From Methanosphaera stadtmanae DSM 3091 (GTDB taxonomy: Archaea > Methanobacteriota > Methanobacteria > Methanobacteriales > Methanobacteriaceae): DNA of 32,000 nt. Made by a program: the position numbers and the translations under genes. The notes beneath the pieces are model-generated. The model was not told the origin of the DNA, searched no databases, and saw only the letters and a program-made list of their open reading frames with translations. This document shows, one piece after another, positions 19,906-29,763 of this stretch; the first letter of the stretch is position 1; the number at the start of each line of letters is the position of its first letter. The stretch lies in contig NC_007681.1 of assembly GCF_000012545.1 (NCBI RefSeq), positions 510,001 through 542,000 on the forward strand. Reading direction: 5' to 3'.

Positions 19906-20996
19906 TAAATCATCTCCATCAGATATGAGGTAATCTTTAGAATATTACCACAGAGGTATGTTAAAAGTAAACCTCCAAGAATAAAAGGTGCAAATGGTAA
20001 GGTCTTCTTTATTGGAATATTATAAATACCCATTTTATTGGAAAAAATATGAATATCATATATATCAGCACTTGTTAAACCACTTACCTTGGTGGAAATC
20101 ACAACACTCTCTCTATAATCTTTACTTGTAAAGTATCGTATTCTATTTCTAAAACCATTATCACTAAAAAAGTAGGTATTTCTACACTTACACAAACAAC
20201 ACGATAAAATCATACCCTCACATAAATCATTAACATCAACAATGCTTGTTAAACAACTTGATATAATATTTAATCTAAAAATATTATTTACAATCACCAG
20301 TACATTAAAAATAATAAATTCAGATAAATACACCACACTATCAATACCTAATGAAAAGATAACAACACAACTCAACAGAATAAAATACCACTTGTAGAAT
20401 AGCCTGTTACACACAACTACAAAACATGTTATGAAAATGATTTTTATTAAGAAGCTATCAGTAAATATGATAGAATATCCAATAATCATTAAATTAAGTG
20501 TAAACACACTCCTATAGAAATCATCAACATAATATAATTGCCTTAATAAATAACGTTTCTTTTTAAGTATAATATAGATACAATAACACATAATTAATGG
20601 TATTACTGAAAAAATACTATTTATCATCAAATCCAATGTAGGAATTGTTAAATTAAATAAAATAACATTAAACTCCATATTAGGAATAATACTTAAAAAT
20701 TCAGGTACAAGTAGTGTTGAAATTGCAGTAAATAATTTCACATCACCTCCAGCCCAAAGACCCAAATACCATAAAATGTAATTTAATAGAAAAATTATCA
20801 CAATTGAAACATAGTAAAAAAAATTAAAAGTACTACTTAAAAAATAATAAAGACTAACTAAGCATATTCCAACAACAAATAATGGTATTGTTAATTTATT
20901 TGGAATAATACCATATTTAACATCAGTATATGTTGCAATAATACAACACACAGTTACAATTAGAATTCCAGAAATTTTTATTAAATTATATACCAT
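19905..20996 (-). CDS. A24-family prepilin/preflagellin-type aspartic peptidase (EppA/FlaK-like)
   Basis: The two catalytic Asp contexts are ATYTDVKYGIIPNK and LWAGGDVKLF. The terminal helix is PFAPFILGGLL. There is a long polytopic, Cys-rich insert between the GxGD motif and the last helix. Confidence 0.75.
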   Translation of the reverse strand: MVYNLIKISGILIVTVCCIIATYTDVKYGIIPNKLTIPLFVVGICLVSLYYFLSSTFNFFYYVSIVIIFLLNYILWYLGLWAGGDVKLFTAISTLLVPEFLSIIPNMEFNVILFNLTIPTLDLMINSIFSVIPLIMCYCIYIILKKKRYLLRQLYYVDDFYRSVFTLNLMIIGYSIIFTDSFLIKIIFITCFVVVCNRLFYKWYFILLSCVVIFSLGIDSVVYLSEFIIFNVLVIVNNIFRLNIISSCLTSIVDVNDLCEGMILSCCLCKCRNTYFFSDNGFRNRIRYFTSKDYRESVVISTKVSGLTSADIYDIHIFSNKMGIYNIPIKKTLPFAPFILGGLLLTYLCGNILKITSYLMEMI

Positions 20997-21033
20997 AACA
21001 CTTTCTTTTTAAAAAAAATAGGGAAGGTTAAGA

Positions 21034-22638
21034 TTATTTTTGATTTTGTTTTTTATTTTTTGCAGCTTTAATAAATGATTTAAACAATGGATGTGCTTTA
21101 TTTGGACGTGATTTAAATTCTGGATGGAATTGACATCCTAAAAACCATGGATGATTTTCAAGTTCAATCATTTCAACAAGGAAATCATCAGGTGAAGTAC
21201 CAGAAATAATAGCACCAGCACTAGTTAGAATATCTCTGTATTCATTGTTTACTTCATATCTATGTCTGTGTCTTTCAGATATATTTGTATCCTTATATGC
21301 TTCATATGCAAGTGTACCTTCTTTTATTTTACATGGATAAGCACCAAGTCTCATGGTTCCACCCATATTGTTGATTTTCTTTTGTTCTTCCATCATGTCA
21401 ATCACAGGACAAGTGGAGTTTTCATCAAACTCTGTACTGTTAGCATCAGGATAACCATTTAATTGTGCAATAGCAATACTCATAGCATGTAGACCAAGAC
21501 AAATACCAAAGATTGGCACGTTATTTTTTATTGCATATTTTACAGCTTCAATCTTACCATTAATACCTCTTTCACCAAAACCACCTGGTATTAATAAACC
21601 ATCATATTGCTTTAGAATATCAATATTAAAGTCATTATCTGCCTTAATCCAGTCAATATCAACATGAACTTTATTAGCAGCACCAGCATGTTTTAATGAT
21701 TCTCTAATACTAATATAAGCATCTTCTAATTCAATATATTTACCAACAACAGCTATTTTAACCTTTGGAGTTTCTATTTTTAAATCCTCTACAATTTGAC
21801 TCCATTCATATAAATCAGCCTTATTAGTAGCAGTATCAATATTCAATCTATTTAATATATAACTTCCAACATTGGCAGAGTACATAATCAATGGAACCTC
21901 ATAGATTGAATGTGCATCAGGAGTATTAATAACAGCCTCAATTGGTACATCACAGAAATGAGCTATTTTTTCCTTAAGATTTGCATCTAATGATAATTCA
22001 GATCTACATACAATCATGTCAGGATTAATACCAAGACCTCTTAATTCCTTAGTACTGTGTTGTGTAGGTTTTGTTTTAAATTCTTTTGCTGCTTTAAGAT
22101 AAGGAACATATGTTACATGTACAAACATACAGTTGTCATGTCCTTCCTCATTTTTAAGTTGTCTTACTGCTTCAATAAATGGTTGACTTTCAATATCACC
22201 AACAGTTCCTCCAACTTCTACCATAACAACTTCTGCTTTAGTTTTCTCTGCAACATTTCTAATCATTAACTTAATTTCATCAGTAATATGTGGAATGATT
22301 TGAACACAAGAACCTAAGTATTCTCCTTTTCTTTCCTTTTCAATAACAGAGGAATATACTTTTCCTGTAGTGATGTTTGCTTTTCCAGAAAGTTCCACAT
22401 CAAGAAATCTTTCATAATGTCCTAAATCTAAGTCACATTCCATTCCATCATCTGTTACATATACTTCTCCATGTTGGTATGGATTTAAAGTACCTGAATC
22501 CCAATTAAGATATGGATCAATTTTAATAGCTGTTACATTAACACCATATGACCTTAAAATTCTTCCAATTGATGCTGAAGTAATTCCTTTACCTATGGAA
22601 CTTACCACACCACCAGTTACTACTATATACTTTGACAA
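21034..22638 (-). CDS. pyrG: CTP synthase
   Basis: [37 protein letters not shown] and the C-terminal GATase block (GICLG..., [10 protein letters not shown]) are present. The start is a TTG at 22638..22636; the frame closes with a TAA six codons upstream and no ATG is available. Confidence 0.95.
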   Translation of the reverse strand: MSKYIVVTGGVVSSIGKGITSASIGRILRSYGVNVTAIKIDPYLNWDSGTLNPYQHGEVYVTDDGMECDLDLGHYERFLDVELSGKANITTGKVYSSVIEKERKGEYLGSCVQIIPHITDEIKLMIRNVAEKTKAEVVMVEVGGTVGDIESQPFIEAVRQLKNEEGHDNCMFVHVTYVPYLKAAKEFKTKPTQHSTKELRGLGINPDMIVCRSELSLDANLKEKIAHFCDVPIEAVINTPDAHSIYEVPLIMYSANVGSYILNRLNIDTATNKADLYEWSQIVEDLKIETPKVKIAVVGKYIELEDAYISIRESLKHAGAANKVHVDIDWIKADNDFNIDILKQYDGLLIPGGFGERGINGKIEAVKYAIKNNVPIFGICLGLHAMSIAIAQLNGYPDANSTEFDENSTCPVIDMMEEQKKINNMGGTMRLGAYPCKIKEGTLAYEAYKDTNISERHRHRYEVNNEYRDILTSAGAIISGTSPDDFLVEMIELENHPWFLGCQFHPEFKSRPNKAHPLFKSFIKAAKNKKQNQK

Positions 22639-23047
22639 ATTATCAACTCTTCCCTTAAAATCTTATAATTTTATCAATAAAATTATTATTAAAATAAACA
22701 TTGTAATAATAATTAAAATAAAATATGTTCAATATTAAATATATATTTATGTATATTTTCATAAGAAAAATATACTATTAATTTAATATATCTATCTTAT
22801 TATATTTAGAGTTTTAGAAAATTAATAAAAAAACAACTTCCACATAAAACCAAAAAATAAGTGTTTCTAATCTATTCTTAAAATAAGTTTACATGAAAAA
22901 TTAAATAAGGAAGATTGTTATTTATTAAACATTATAGTTCACTACATGTTTTAAATATACACTCATCCTTAAATATTTTTATATTATATTCTATATATTG
23001 CTATTTTTTTTGTTTAAAAAGTCATAAATTATAAAGATTATTTATAT

Positions 23048-24397
23048 TTACCAAGTGAATAATTCTATTAAATCTTTAATTTTCTGAACTAGTAAATCTC
23101 TCTTTTTTATTCTTTCTTTTAATTTTAGTTTTTTATTAAAGGTTTCATCTACATTCTTTTCTTTTATTTTTCCAGAAAATTCATATTCTTTTAATATCTC
23201 TCTAATAAGTTCTTCTTTCAAGTTTTCAGTAGTTACTAATTCTTTTATTGCATTTTCACGTTTTTGATTCATGAATTGTTCTAATTTTTCTTCAGTATCT
23301 ACATTACAATCCACCATAGTTGTGGAAATGAATTCATCAATTAAATCTATTTTACTTCTTAGTTCTTTGTCTTTGTTCATTGTTTGAGTTATGAAATCTT
23401 TATCTTTTGTAAAGGTTGGTTTTGTTGGATCTAGACCTTTTAGAAGTTCTAATATGTATGATACATTTATATCATCCCTTCTTAGAAGATCCATTTCAAA
23501 GTCTATATCATTTAGTATAGATTCTTTTGTCAGTGGATTTTCTACTCTTTCATATATGTCTAAGTATTTACTTCTATAATCTTCAAAACTCTGTTGTGAA
23601 ATATTAAGATCTTTAAATTTAAATTCATCAAATGGTGTTAATTTATTTAATGTTCGTAGTATGTTTCTAAAAACTTCTATAAATTCTTTCTCTGTTTCAA
23701 CATCTTTTGAATCATCTAGTTTTTCAATTGTTGGAACTATTTTATTTAGTTTTTCTACTTCACTATTGAATATTTTAACATATTCCTTGTATGGTTTCAT
23801 TATAACAGTTTCAAGAGCATTTTCATTGGAAAATATTTTTATTGCTTCATCAGTTTTTTCTTTTAAATTTCTAAATACAACTATATTTCCATGTGCTTTT
23901 TTATCATTACATAATCTATTTGTTCTTGAATATGCTTGTAGAAGTCCATGATATTCAAGATTTTTATCAACATATAAAGTATTTAAGTACTTGTTATCAA
24001 ATCCAGTTAAAAACATGTTTACAACTAATAGTATGTCTATTTTCTTATCCTTTGATTTTTTAGAAATATCCTGATAATAGCCTTGAAATGTATCTGTTGA
24101 ATAACTTGTACCAAACATTTCATTATAATCATTTATTTGATTATCAAGTAGTGTTCTTGGATGAATTTCATCTTCTGTTAAGTCAGGATTTGCTTCAAAG
24201 GAATATATTGTTGCTATTTTCAAGTCATGATTCTTTTTCTTAAATAAATCATAGTATGTATTAAGTACAGGTATTGAACTTACAGCAAGAATAGATGTAA
24301 ATTCCCTGTTATATGTTTTTCTATCATGAATCTCTATTATAGTATCTACTATCTGATTTATTCTCTCTTCTGATTCTAATACTTCTTTTGTATTCAC
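23048..24397 (-). pseudogene. hsdR: Type I restriction enzyme R subunit (HsdR), C-terminal ~450 aa only
   Basis: The second helicase lobe motifs are present (ILLVVNMFLTGFDNKYLNTLYVDKNL.YHGLLQAYSRTNR), with a long helical C-terminal domain. The nuclease domain and the DEAD-box lobe 1 are missing. The only available start is a GTG. Upstream, the frame runs into antisense hsdS sequence. Confidence 0.75.
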
Positions 24398-24450
24398 ATC
24401 TATTACTTGTTCATCATTTGTTGTTTTTCTTATAATTCTACCAATAGGAA

Positions 24451-24993
24451 TTGCAATGTAATAAAAACATACCAGAACTACGATTTCCAGAGTTTGAAGA
24501 GGAATGGGAGGAAAAAAAATTAAGCCAAATAAATAAAATAACTATGGGTCAATCACCTTCATCAAAATATTATACTAAAAATCAAAATGATACTATTTTA
24601 GTACAAGGGAATCAAGATATTGCAAATAACTATGTTATACCAAGAATATATACTTCAAAAATTACTAAAATAGCTAAAAAAGGAGAAATACTTTTAACTG
24701 TACGAGCACCTGTTGGTGATATAGTCATAACACAATATGATGTGTGTATTGGAAGAGGGGTCTGTTCTATTAAACCAAGTATATCTACTGGATTCATGTT
24801 TTTCTATTTGGCTAAATTAAATAGTAAAAATCAATGGAATAAATACATTCAAGGAAGTACTTTTGAATCTATAAATAGTAAGGATATTAAATCTATGAAA
24901 ATAAAAATTCCTAAATCATCTAAAGAACAAGAGAAAATAGCTAACTTCTTAACTTGTATAGATCAAAAAATTGAGTTAATGGAAAAGAAATAA
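24451..24993 (+). pseudogene. hsdS: Type I R-M specificity subunit (HsdS), N-terminal half (one TRD plus the central conserved helix)
   Basis: IPELRFPEFEEEWEEKKL is a typical HsdS N-terminus. It is followed by one target-recognition domain and the central conserved region SKEQEKIANFLTCIDQKIELMEKK, then a stop. The second TRD is absent and no hsdM is in the window. The start is a TTG. Confidence 0.75.
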
Positions 24994-24996
24994 CAC

Positions 24997-26259
24997 GCTA
25001 CACCATGACAATAACAACACAGCAGAGCAAAAACTTTAAATCAACAGGACAAACAGGTACACTACAGGTAGGAACCTATACTAAACTATACCAGAAAACA
25101 CTATGAGGATACAAACAAGGAAACATAACATTTAACAGCACACTACAAGACAGCACAGGTAAACAGGTAAACACCAATACAACAGCACGTATAGACATAT
25201 ACACACCTACAAGTAATGGAAACAATCTGATAAAATCATTCAAAATGAACATTACAAACGGAAAACTAAGCTATGTGTACCAAATACCAAGCAGTATGAC
25301 TAATACTACATACCTGGTTAATATTACTGCCCTTAGTAACAAGGACTATGCAGGAAGCTACAAGACAGTAAAACATAACACTAAACAACAGACGAACATA
25401 TATATCAGCAAGCAACACTCTTGGATACATTGGAAAAACCGTAACATTAAATGGAACAGTAATGGACTCAACCACAAGAGCAAAAGCAACAACCAATGGA
25501 GAAGTAACAATTACAATAGATGGTAAAGCAGTAACAACAGTAAAGACCAGTAAAGGAGTCTTCAGATATACATTTAACAACACTCTTACAGAAGGAAAAC
25601 ATAACCTCACATATACCTATAAAGGCGACACAGTATACGCTAACAGTACCAGGACACTAAACCTTACATCCAACAAGAACACTCTTAGAATATCAGCACC
25701 AACAATAAATGCAAGCATAGGAGACACAATAAAAATAACAGCCACAGTAACAAACACCAGTGGAGCAACAGTAAAAGACAACCTCAAAGCAAATATACTG
25801 CTAAACGGTAAAACAATAGCCACGAATATAGATGTAACCTATGGAAAACTAACATACAACTACACTATACCAACAGGAACAAGCTACAGCAACAAAATAA
25901 CAGTAATAATACAGGAAACAGACACTTACAAAACAAGAAACGCGAGTACAACACTGACAGTTAAGAAAGCATACCAGTATGTTAATGTAGTAACAAGCAC
26001 TATAACAACTACCAGTGGATCCAAGATATACATCACAGGTAACATAACAGACAAAAACAAGAACCTGATAGCAGGAACAAAACTAAACATAAAAATAGGT
26101 GGAGTAGATATAGCTAACATCACTAGTACCAATGGTAAATTCAACTATGAATACACAGTAACACAGACAAAAGGAACATATAATATACTGTTAACTGCCT
26201 TGGCTAGTGATAGTTACTATAATAATTCTAAATATATGAGTTTGAAAGTAACAACATAA
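24997..26259 (+). pseudogene. Remnant (3' part) of an adhesin-like gene with Ig-like modules, carrying an in-frame TGA and a frameshift
   Basis: The frame of ORF 25245..25526 is open back to ~24997 apart from a TGA at 25104..25106. The reading frame then has to shift near the (AT)4 tract at 25398..25405 to join ORF 25462..26259. The modules end in Y.GD..Y..S, as in the 4085..8734 adhesin. There is no start codon or signal peptide. Confidence 0.7.
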
Positions 26260-26463
26260 ACTGTTATTTTCTCTTTTTTTCTTTTTATTATTTCAGAAAT
26301 TAATCATCTTTCTCCCATAGTTTTGGAGTGTCTCCTGAAATTTTAGCCTGTTTTATTAAAACTATCTAAATTTAAAAAACAGCCTATTGAGTGTTGCTGA
26401 AAGAAATTAAAAAAGAATATATAAAACGAATCATTATATCTAAAAATAATTATGGGTGAGATA

Positions 26464-27234
26464 ATGAAAATTGTTAGTTGGAATTGTGGTATGGCATTTT
26501 ATGCTAATAAAAAATATAAGAAAATAAGAGAATTAGACGCAGATATATATGTTATCCTAGAAGTCAATAGACCTAAAGTTGTTGATGAAGATTATAAAAA
26601 ATTTATGAAAAATAGTATTTATTTAGAACGTATATATGATAATGATGATGTTAATGGTTTGTATTCATATATTGAACACTACGATGGTTAACAACGTATA
26701 TATGATAATGATGATGTTAATGGTAGGAAGAAAGGAATAGCAATTATCGCAAAGGATAGTATTAAAATAGAAAATAATAATTGGAATTTAAAATCTTGCA
26801 ATGATTTTCTTTCAGTACGTGTAAATGACTCATTTGATTTGATTGGTGTATGGACTGATGAACCATATCTTCCTCGAACGCTTAAATATTTAAGAACATT
26901 TAAATATAAATTTATTAGCTCAAATAATATTGTTATGTGTGGCGATTTTAATATTGATGTAGGTAATGATAGTAATGAAAAAGATAAAGATATGTTTGTT
27001 AGAATTTTAAGAAATTATGGTTATGAAAGTATATATCACCATTTTAAGAAGGAAAAAATAGGTGAAGAATCTATAGATACATTTCATAGATATGATGGAG
27101 ATTTTCATATAGATTATTTGTTTGCTAAACCAGAACTAATTACTTCATTTGATGTTGGAAGTAGAATAGAATATGCTAATAATGAAGATAATCATAGTGA
27201 TCATGTTCCTTTAATATTTGAAATTGACATATAA
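26464..27234 (+). pseudogene. Endonuclease/exonuclease/phosphatase (EEP, ExoIII-like) family gene interrupted by an in-frame TAA within a 66-nt insertion
   Basis: MKIVSWNCG..., DADIYVILEV, VMCGDFNID and a C-terminal NHSDHVPLIFEI are EEP catalytic motifs. ORFs 26452..26691 and 26839..27234 are in the same frame, separated only by a TAA at 26689..26691. A GGTGAG RBS precedes ATG 26464. Confidence 0.65.
26627..26724. repeat. 32-nt direct repeat (26627..26658 and 26693..26724) flanking 34 nt of unique sequence inside the EEP gene
   Basis: AACGTATATATGATAATGATGATGTTAATGGT occurs twice, exactly 66 nt apart. The TAA stop lies in the intervening 34 nt. Confidence 0.9.
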
Positions 27235-27266
27235 TAGAATATTCATAAATAATTATAGTGATATAC

Positions 27267-27875
27267 ATGGAAAAGAAAAATAAACTGATAATATTAATTT
27301 TAGCGATTATTATTGTTATTCCGTTAGCTTATTTTGGTATCTCTGGATATTTACATGATTTAGAAGAACAAACTTTCTATGATGGTATTAAGGAAATAAG
27401 TGATATTGAGAATAAGACTGATGCTGCAGGCGATATAATACGAAATCAAACTAGTCCTTCTAATGAGGATGTTAAAGAGTACGAAATTGAATCAATAAAT
27501 ACTACATCAACGGAAATATTAATGTTACAAGATTTAAAAACAAAAGTATCTAATGAATCATATATTGAATTCATTGATATTCAAATTAATAGGTTAAATA
27601 GTGAAAATAGAACATATACTGCAATGTTAGAAGGTTCAACTATTTATGAACAGTATCAGAATGGTCAGATTGGAGCTTCAAAAGCAATATCATTAATGGG
27701 TGATAAAACTAAAGAGGTAAATTCATATTCTGATAAAACTGGTGAGTATAAAGTTGAAGCTGATTCATTTTTAAGTGTTCATACTGATATGAAAGAGAAA
27801 TTTGATGAGTTAGGTATTGATGAAGATTTCTTGTATGATCAAATTGAAGAAGTGAAGGTAACTTCAGTTAGTTAG
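27267..27875 (+). CDS. Hypothetical membrane-anchored protein (single N-terminal TM helix, acidic helical ectodomain)
   Basis: MEKKNKLIILILAIIIVIPLAYFGISGY is followed by ~170 aa with no motif I recognise. ATG 27267 is preferred over the GTG at 27258. Confidence 0.55.
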   Translation: MEKKNKLIILILAIIIVIPLAYFGISGYLHDLEEQTFYDGIKEISDIENKTDAAGDIIRNQTSPSNEDVKEYEIESINTTSTEILMLQDLKTKVSNESYIEFIDIQINRLNSENRTYTAMLEGSTIYEQYQNGQIGASKAISLMGDKTKEVNSYSDKTGEYKVEADSFLSVHTDMKEKFDELGIDEDFLYDQIEEVKVTSVS

Positions 27876-27886
27876 TAAATATATAA

Positions 27887-27953
27887 TGTAGCACAATTTT
27901 ATTTTGTAGCACATATTGTTATAAAGTGTAGCACAAATGTTAATTGTAGCACA
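27887..27953. repeat. Four direct copies of TGTAGCACA (iteron-like) in non-coding DNA
   Basis: Copies lie at 27887..27895, 27905..27913, 27927..27935 and 27945..27953, with spacings of 18, 22 and 18 bp. All are in the same orientation, and they begin 11 nt after the stop of the preceding gene. Confidence 0.7.
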
Positions 27954-28003
27954 TTTTTTAACCTATTTTTACGTTTACTTCGTTATATCCACATTATGAG
28001 TAT

Positions 28004-28099
28004 TGTTATAACATACAGTATAACTAAACTTGCAACTAAAATTATAATTAATCTTATAACTTTAATTGTAATTATTCGTATAATTATCCTTTTAATTCC
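28004..28099. repeat. Eight phased, degenerate 12-bp tandem repeats with core T(A/G)TAA(C/T)T
   Basis: The 12-mers are tgtTATAACAta, cagTATAACTaa, actTGCAACTaa, aatTATAATTaa, tctTATAACTtt, aatTGTAATTat, tcgTATAATTat and cctTTTAATTcc. The core keeps the same phase throughout. Confidence 0.6.
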
Positions 28100-28544
28100 G
28101 ATATATTCAATTATCAAAGTTTATTAATAAAAAAAGAGTGATATATAATTAGTATTTCAAGTACAACTGGTATAAGATAAAAATAGAGTGTAAGAAATTA
28201 CATGAAAAAACAGGGCAATACTATCAAATAATGGAAATTAAATAAAAAAAGGGTTTATACTAGTTTTTATAATAATAAGCTATAACTTAATAATAAAAAT
28301 GAACTAGGATAAATAATAGTAATTAATTTTGAGATAGTAATTATTATATCTTTTTTTATTAATAAATTTATAGTATGATATCTTTTTTCATGAAATATGA
28401 CTAAAAAAGTAAATTAAACATAAACCTCAAACATCTACAAAACACAGCTAATGAAATTATTTTACAGGTTTTATACTTTTTTACAACGATTACACACCCA
28501 TAATAACAGGAATACTAAAAAAAATAATATAACGGGTGTATCAA

Positions 28545-29144
28545 ATGAAAAATCAGAAAACATATCATTTTAGAGATAATGATAACTTATTAGAAAATAT
28601 TGACAAAGGAAACAGAAGTAAATTCATAAGAGATGCTCTGAAACTAAAATTCAACATTGATGAGATAGGATACAGAGAAAAACAAGCAACAAACAAGGAA
28701 CTAATCTGTTACTACAACAACATGATAGAAATATACGAAAAAGAACTAGACAGACTACAAGACGAAATAGTTAAAACAAAACAATACAAGAAAAAACTAA
28801 AAATCAAGGTAAACAAGATAATAAAACAAGACAAAGAACTAAACAACCAAATAGAAACCAAAAAAAGACTATTAAATGACACAGATAAAACAAAACACAG
28901 AAACGAAGCAGCAAATACACTAATAAAAAACATAATCCTCATGAAAAACGATACACTAGCAGATTCAGTAAACATAGAATACCTTAAATCACATGGCAAT
29001 TTCAGAAACAATAACGAATTCAAAATCTACGTTCATGAATACATCATAAAAAATGTTAAAACCAACAGTATCATTGCCAATACAGTTATTAAACCAGAAG
29101 ATATTGAATATCTAAAAAATCAAGTAAATCCAAGGATATCATGA
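28545..29144 (+). CDS. Ribbon-helix-helix (CopG/Arc-like) N-terminal domain protein with a long Lys-rich coiled-coil and an unassigned C-terminal domain
   Basis: KTYHFRDNDNLLENIDKGNRSKFIRDALKLKF fits the RHH pattern of a beta-strand, helix, G/N turn and helix (S..IR.AL). It is followed by heptad-like EKELDRLQDEIVKTKQYKKKLKIKVNKIIKQDKELNNQIE. ATG 28545 is preferred over the GTG at 28536. Confidence 0.5.
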   Translation: MKNQKTYHFRDNDNLLENIDKGNRSKFIRDALKLKFNIDEIGYREKQATNKELICYYNNMIEIYEKELDRLQDEIVKTKQYKKKLKIKVNKIIKQDKELNNQIETKKRLLNDTDKTKHRNEAANTLIKNIILMKNDTLADSVNIEYLKSHGNFRNNNEFKIYVHEYIIKNVKTNSIIANTVIKPEDIEYLKNQVNPRIS

Positions 29145-29500
29145 AAAAACATTACATTACATGTGAAAGTTTAGTTGGAAAACAGAACAACATACTGCGT
29201 GTAGGAATAAACTACACCATATCGAACATTATGAGAATAAAACCAGGAGACTATCTCCGATGGATTATAACACAAGAAGAAGAAACACGGATAAAACTAC
29301 AAAAAATACCACCAGACGAAAAAGACACAGTACTACCAGAAGTAATCAACAAAACAGTTATAGTCAGCAATCACCACAACAGAATAACAATTCCTGAAAC
29401 AATAAGGGTAGCTGCAAACATCGAAAAAGGTGATACTCTAATCTGGAAAATAAGAAGAGACGATTTATATGGTGATACCATAGAAGTTCTAAAAAAATAA
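29141..29500 (+). CDS. Tandem AbrB/SpoVT-type (swapped-hairpin) DNA-binding domain protein
   Basis: The C-terminal half NRITIPETIRVAANIEKGDTLIWKI matches the AbrB/MazE-type motif (itIP..iR....i..GD.l). The N-terminal half LRVGINYTISNIMRIKPGDYLRWII repeats the pattern. The start overlaps the upstream stop (ATGA at 29141..29144). Confidence 0.55.
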   Translation: MKKHYITCESLVGKQNNILRVGINYTISNIMRIKPGDYLRWIITQEEETRIKLQKIPPDEKDTVLPEVINKTVIVSNHHNRITIPETIRVAANIEKGDTLIWKIRRDDLYGDTIEVLKK

Positions 29501-29509
29501 CCTCCTCAC

Positions 29510-29560
29510 TAATAGTAGTCAAATCAATTACAACTACTATTACCCACCCACCTACTTTTT
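29510..29560 (+). terminator. 10-bp-stem hairpin plus T5 run after the AbrB-like gene
   Basis: TAATAGTAGT (29510..29519), a 13-nt loop and ACTACTATTA (29533..29542), followed by TTTTT at 29556..29560. Confidence 0.35.
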
Positions 29561-29763
29561 ATATGAACAAGTTATAAAACAATGCTAATTTTCAAGAATA
29601 AAAATAAAAAAAATACACTAAAATCTATAAAAAAATAAACAATTTATAACAACATTTAAATACTAAAAATATTAAATACAATAACAAAGAGCAAACAATA
29701 ATATAAAAAATAACAAGAATAGTATAAAAATACTATAAAAAAATATAAAAAATAGGTGAAAAT

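Noticed and set aside
23048-24993. Active type I restriction-modification system
   Set aside because: HsdR lacks its nuclease and first helicase lobe, HsdS has a single TRD, the two face each other, and no hsdM is present. These are fragments, not a functional system.
24994-26259. A-rich adhesin remnant as the variable or template repeat of a diversity-generating retroelement
   Set aside because: There is no reverse transcriptase gene and no TR/VR pair with adenine-specific mismatches in the window. The A-richness is the general coding-strand bias of these Asn/Thr/Lys-rich genes.
26689-26691. In-frame TAA in the EEP gene as a recoded or read-through codon
   Set aside because: Known archaeal recoding uses UAG (Pyl) or UGA (Sec), not UAA. 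The stop sits in a 66-nt insertion flanked by a 32-nt duplication, which points to a mutational event.
27887-28099. Possible CRISPR array
   Set aside because: The repeats are only 9 bp (spacing 18-22 bp) or 12 bp with no spacers, far below CRISPR repeat and spacer sizes. No cas genes are in the window.
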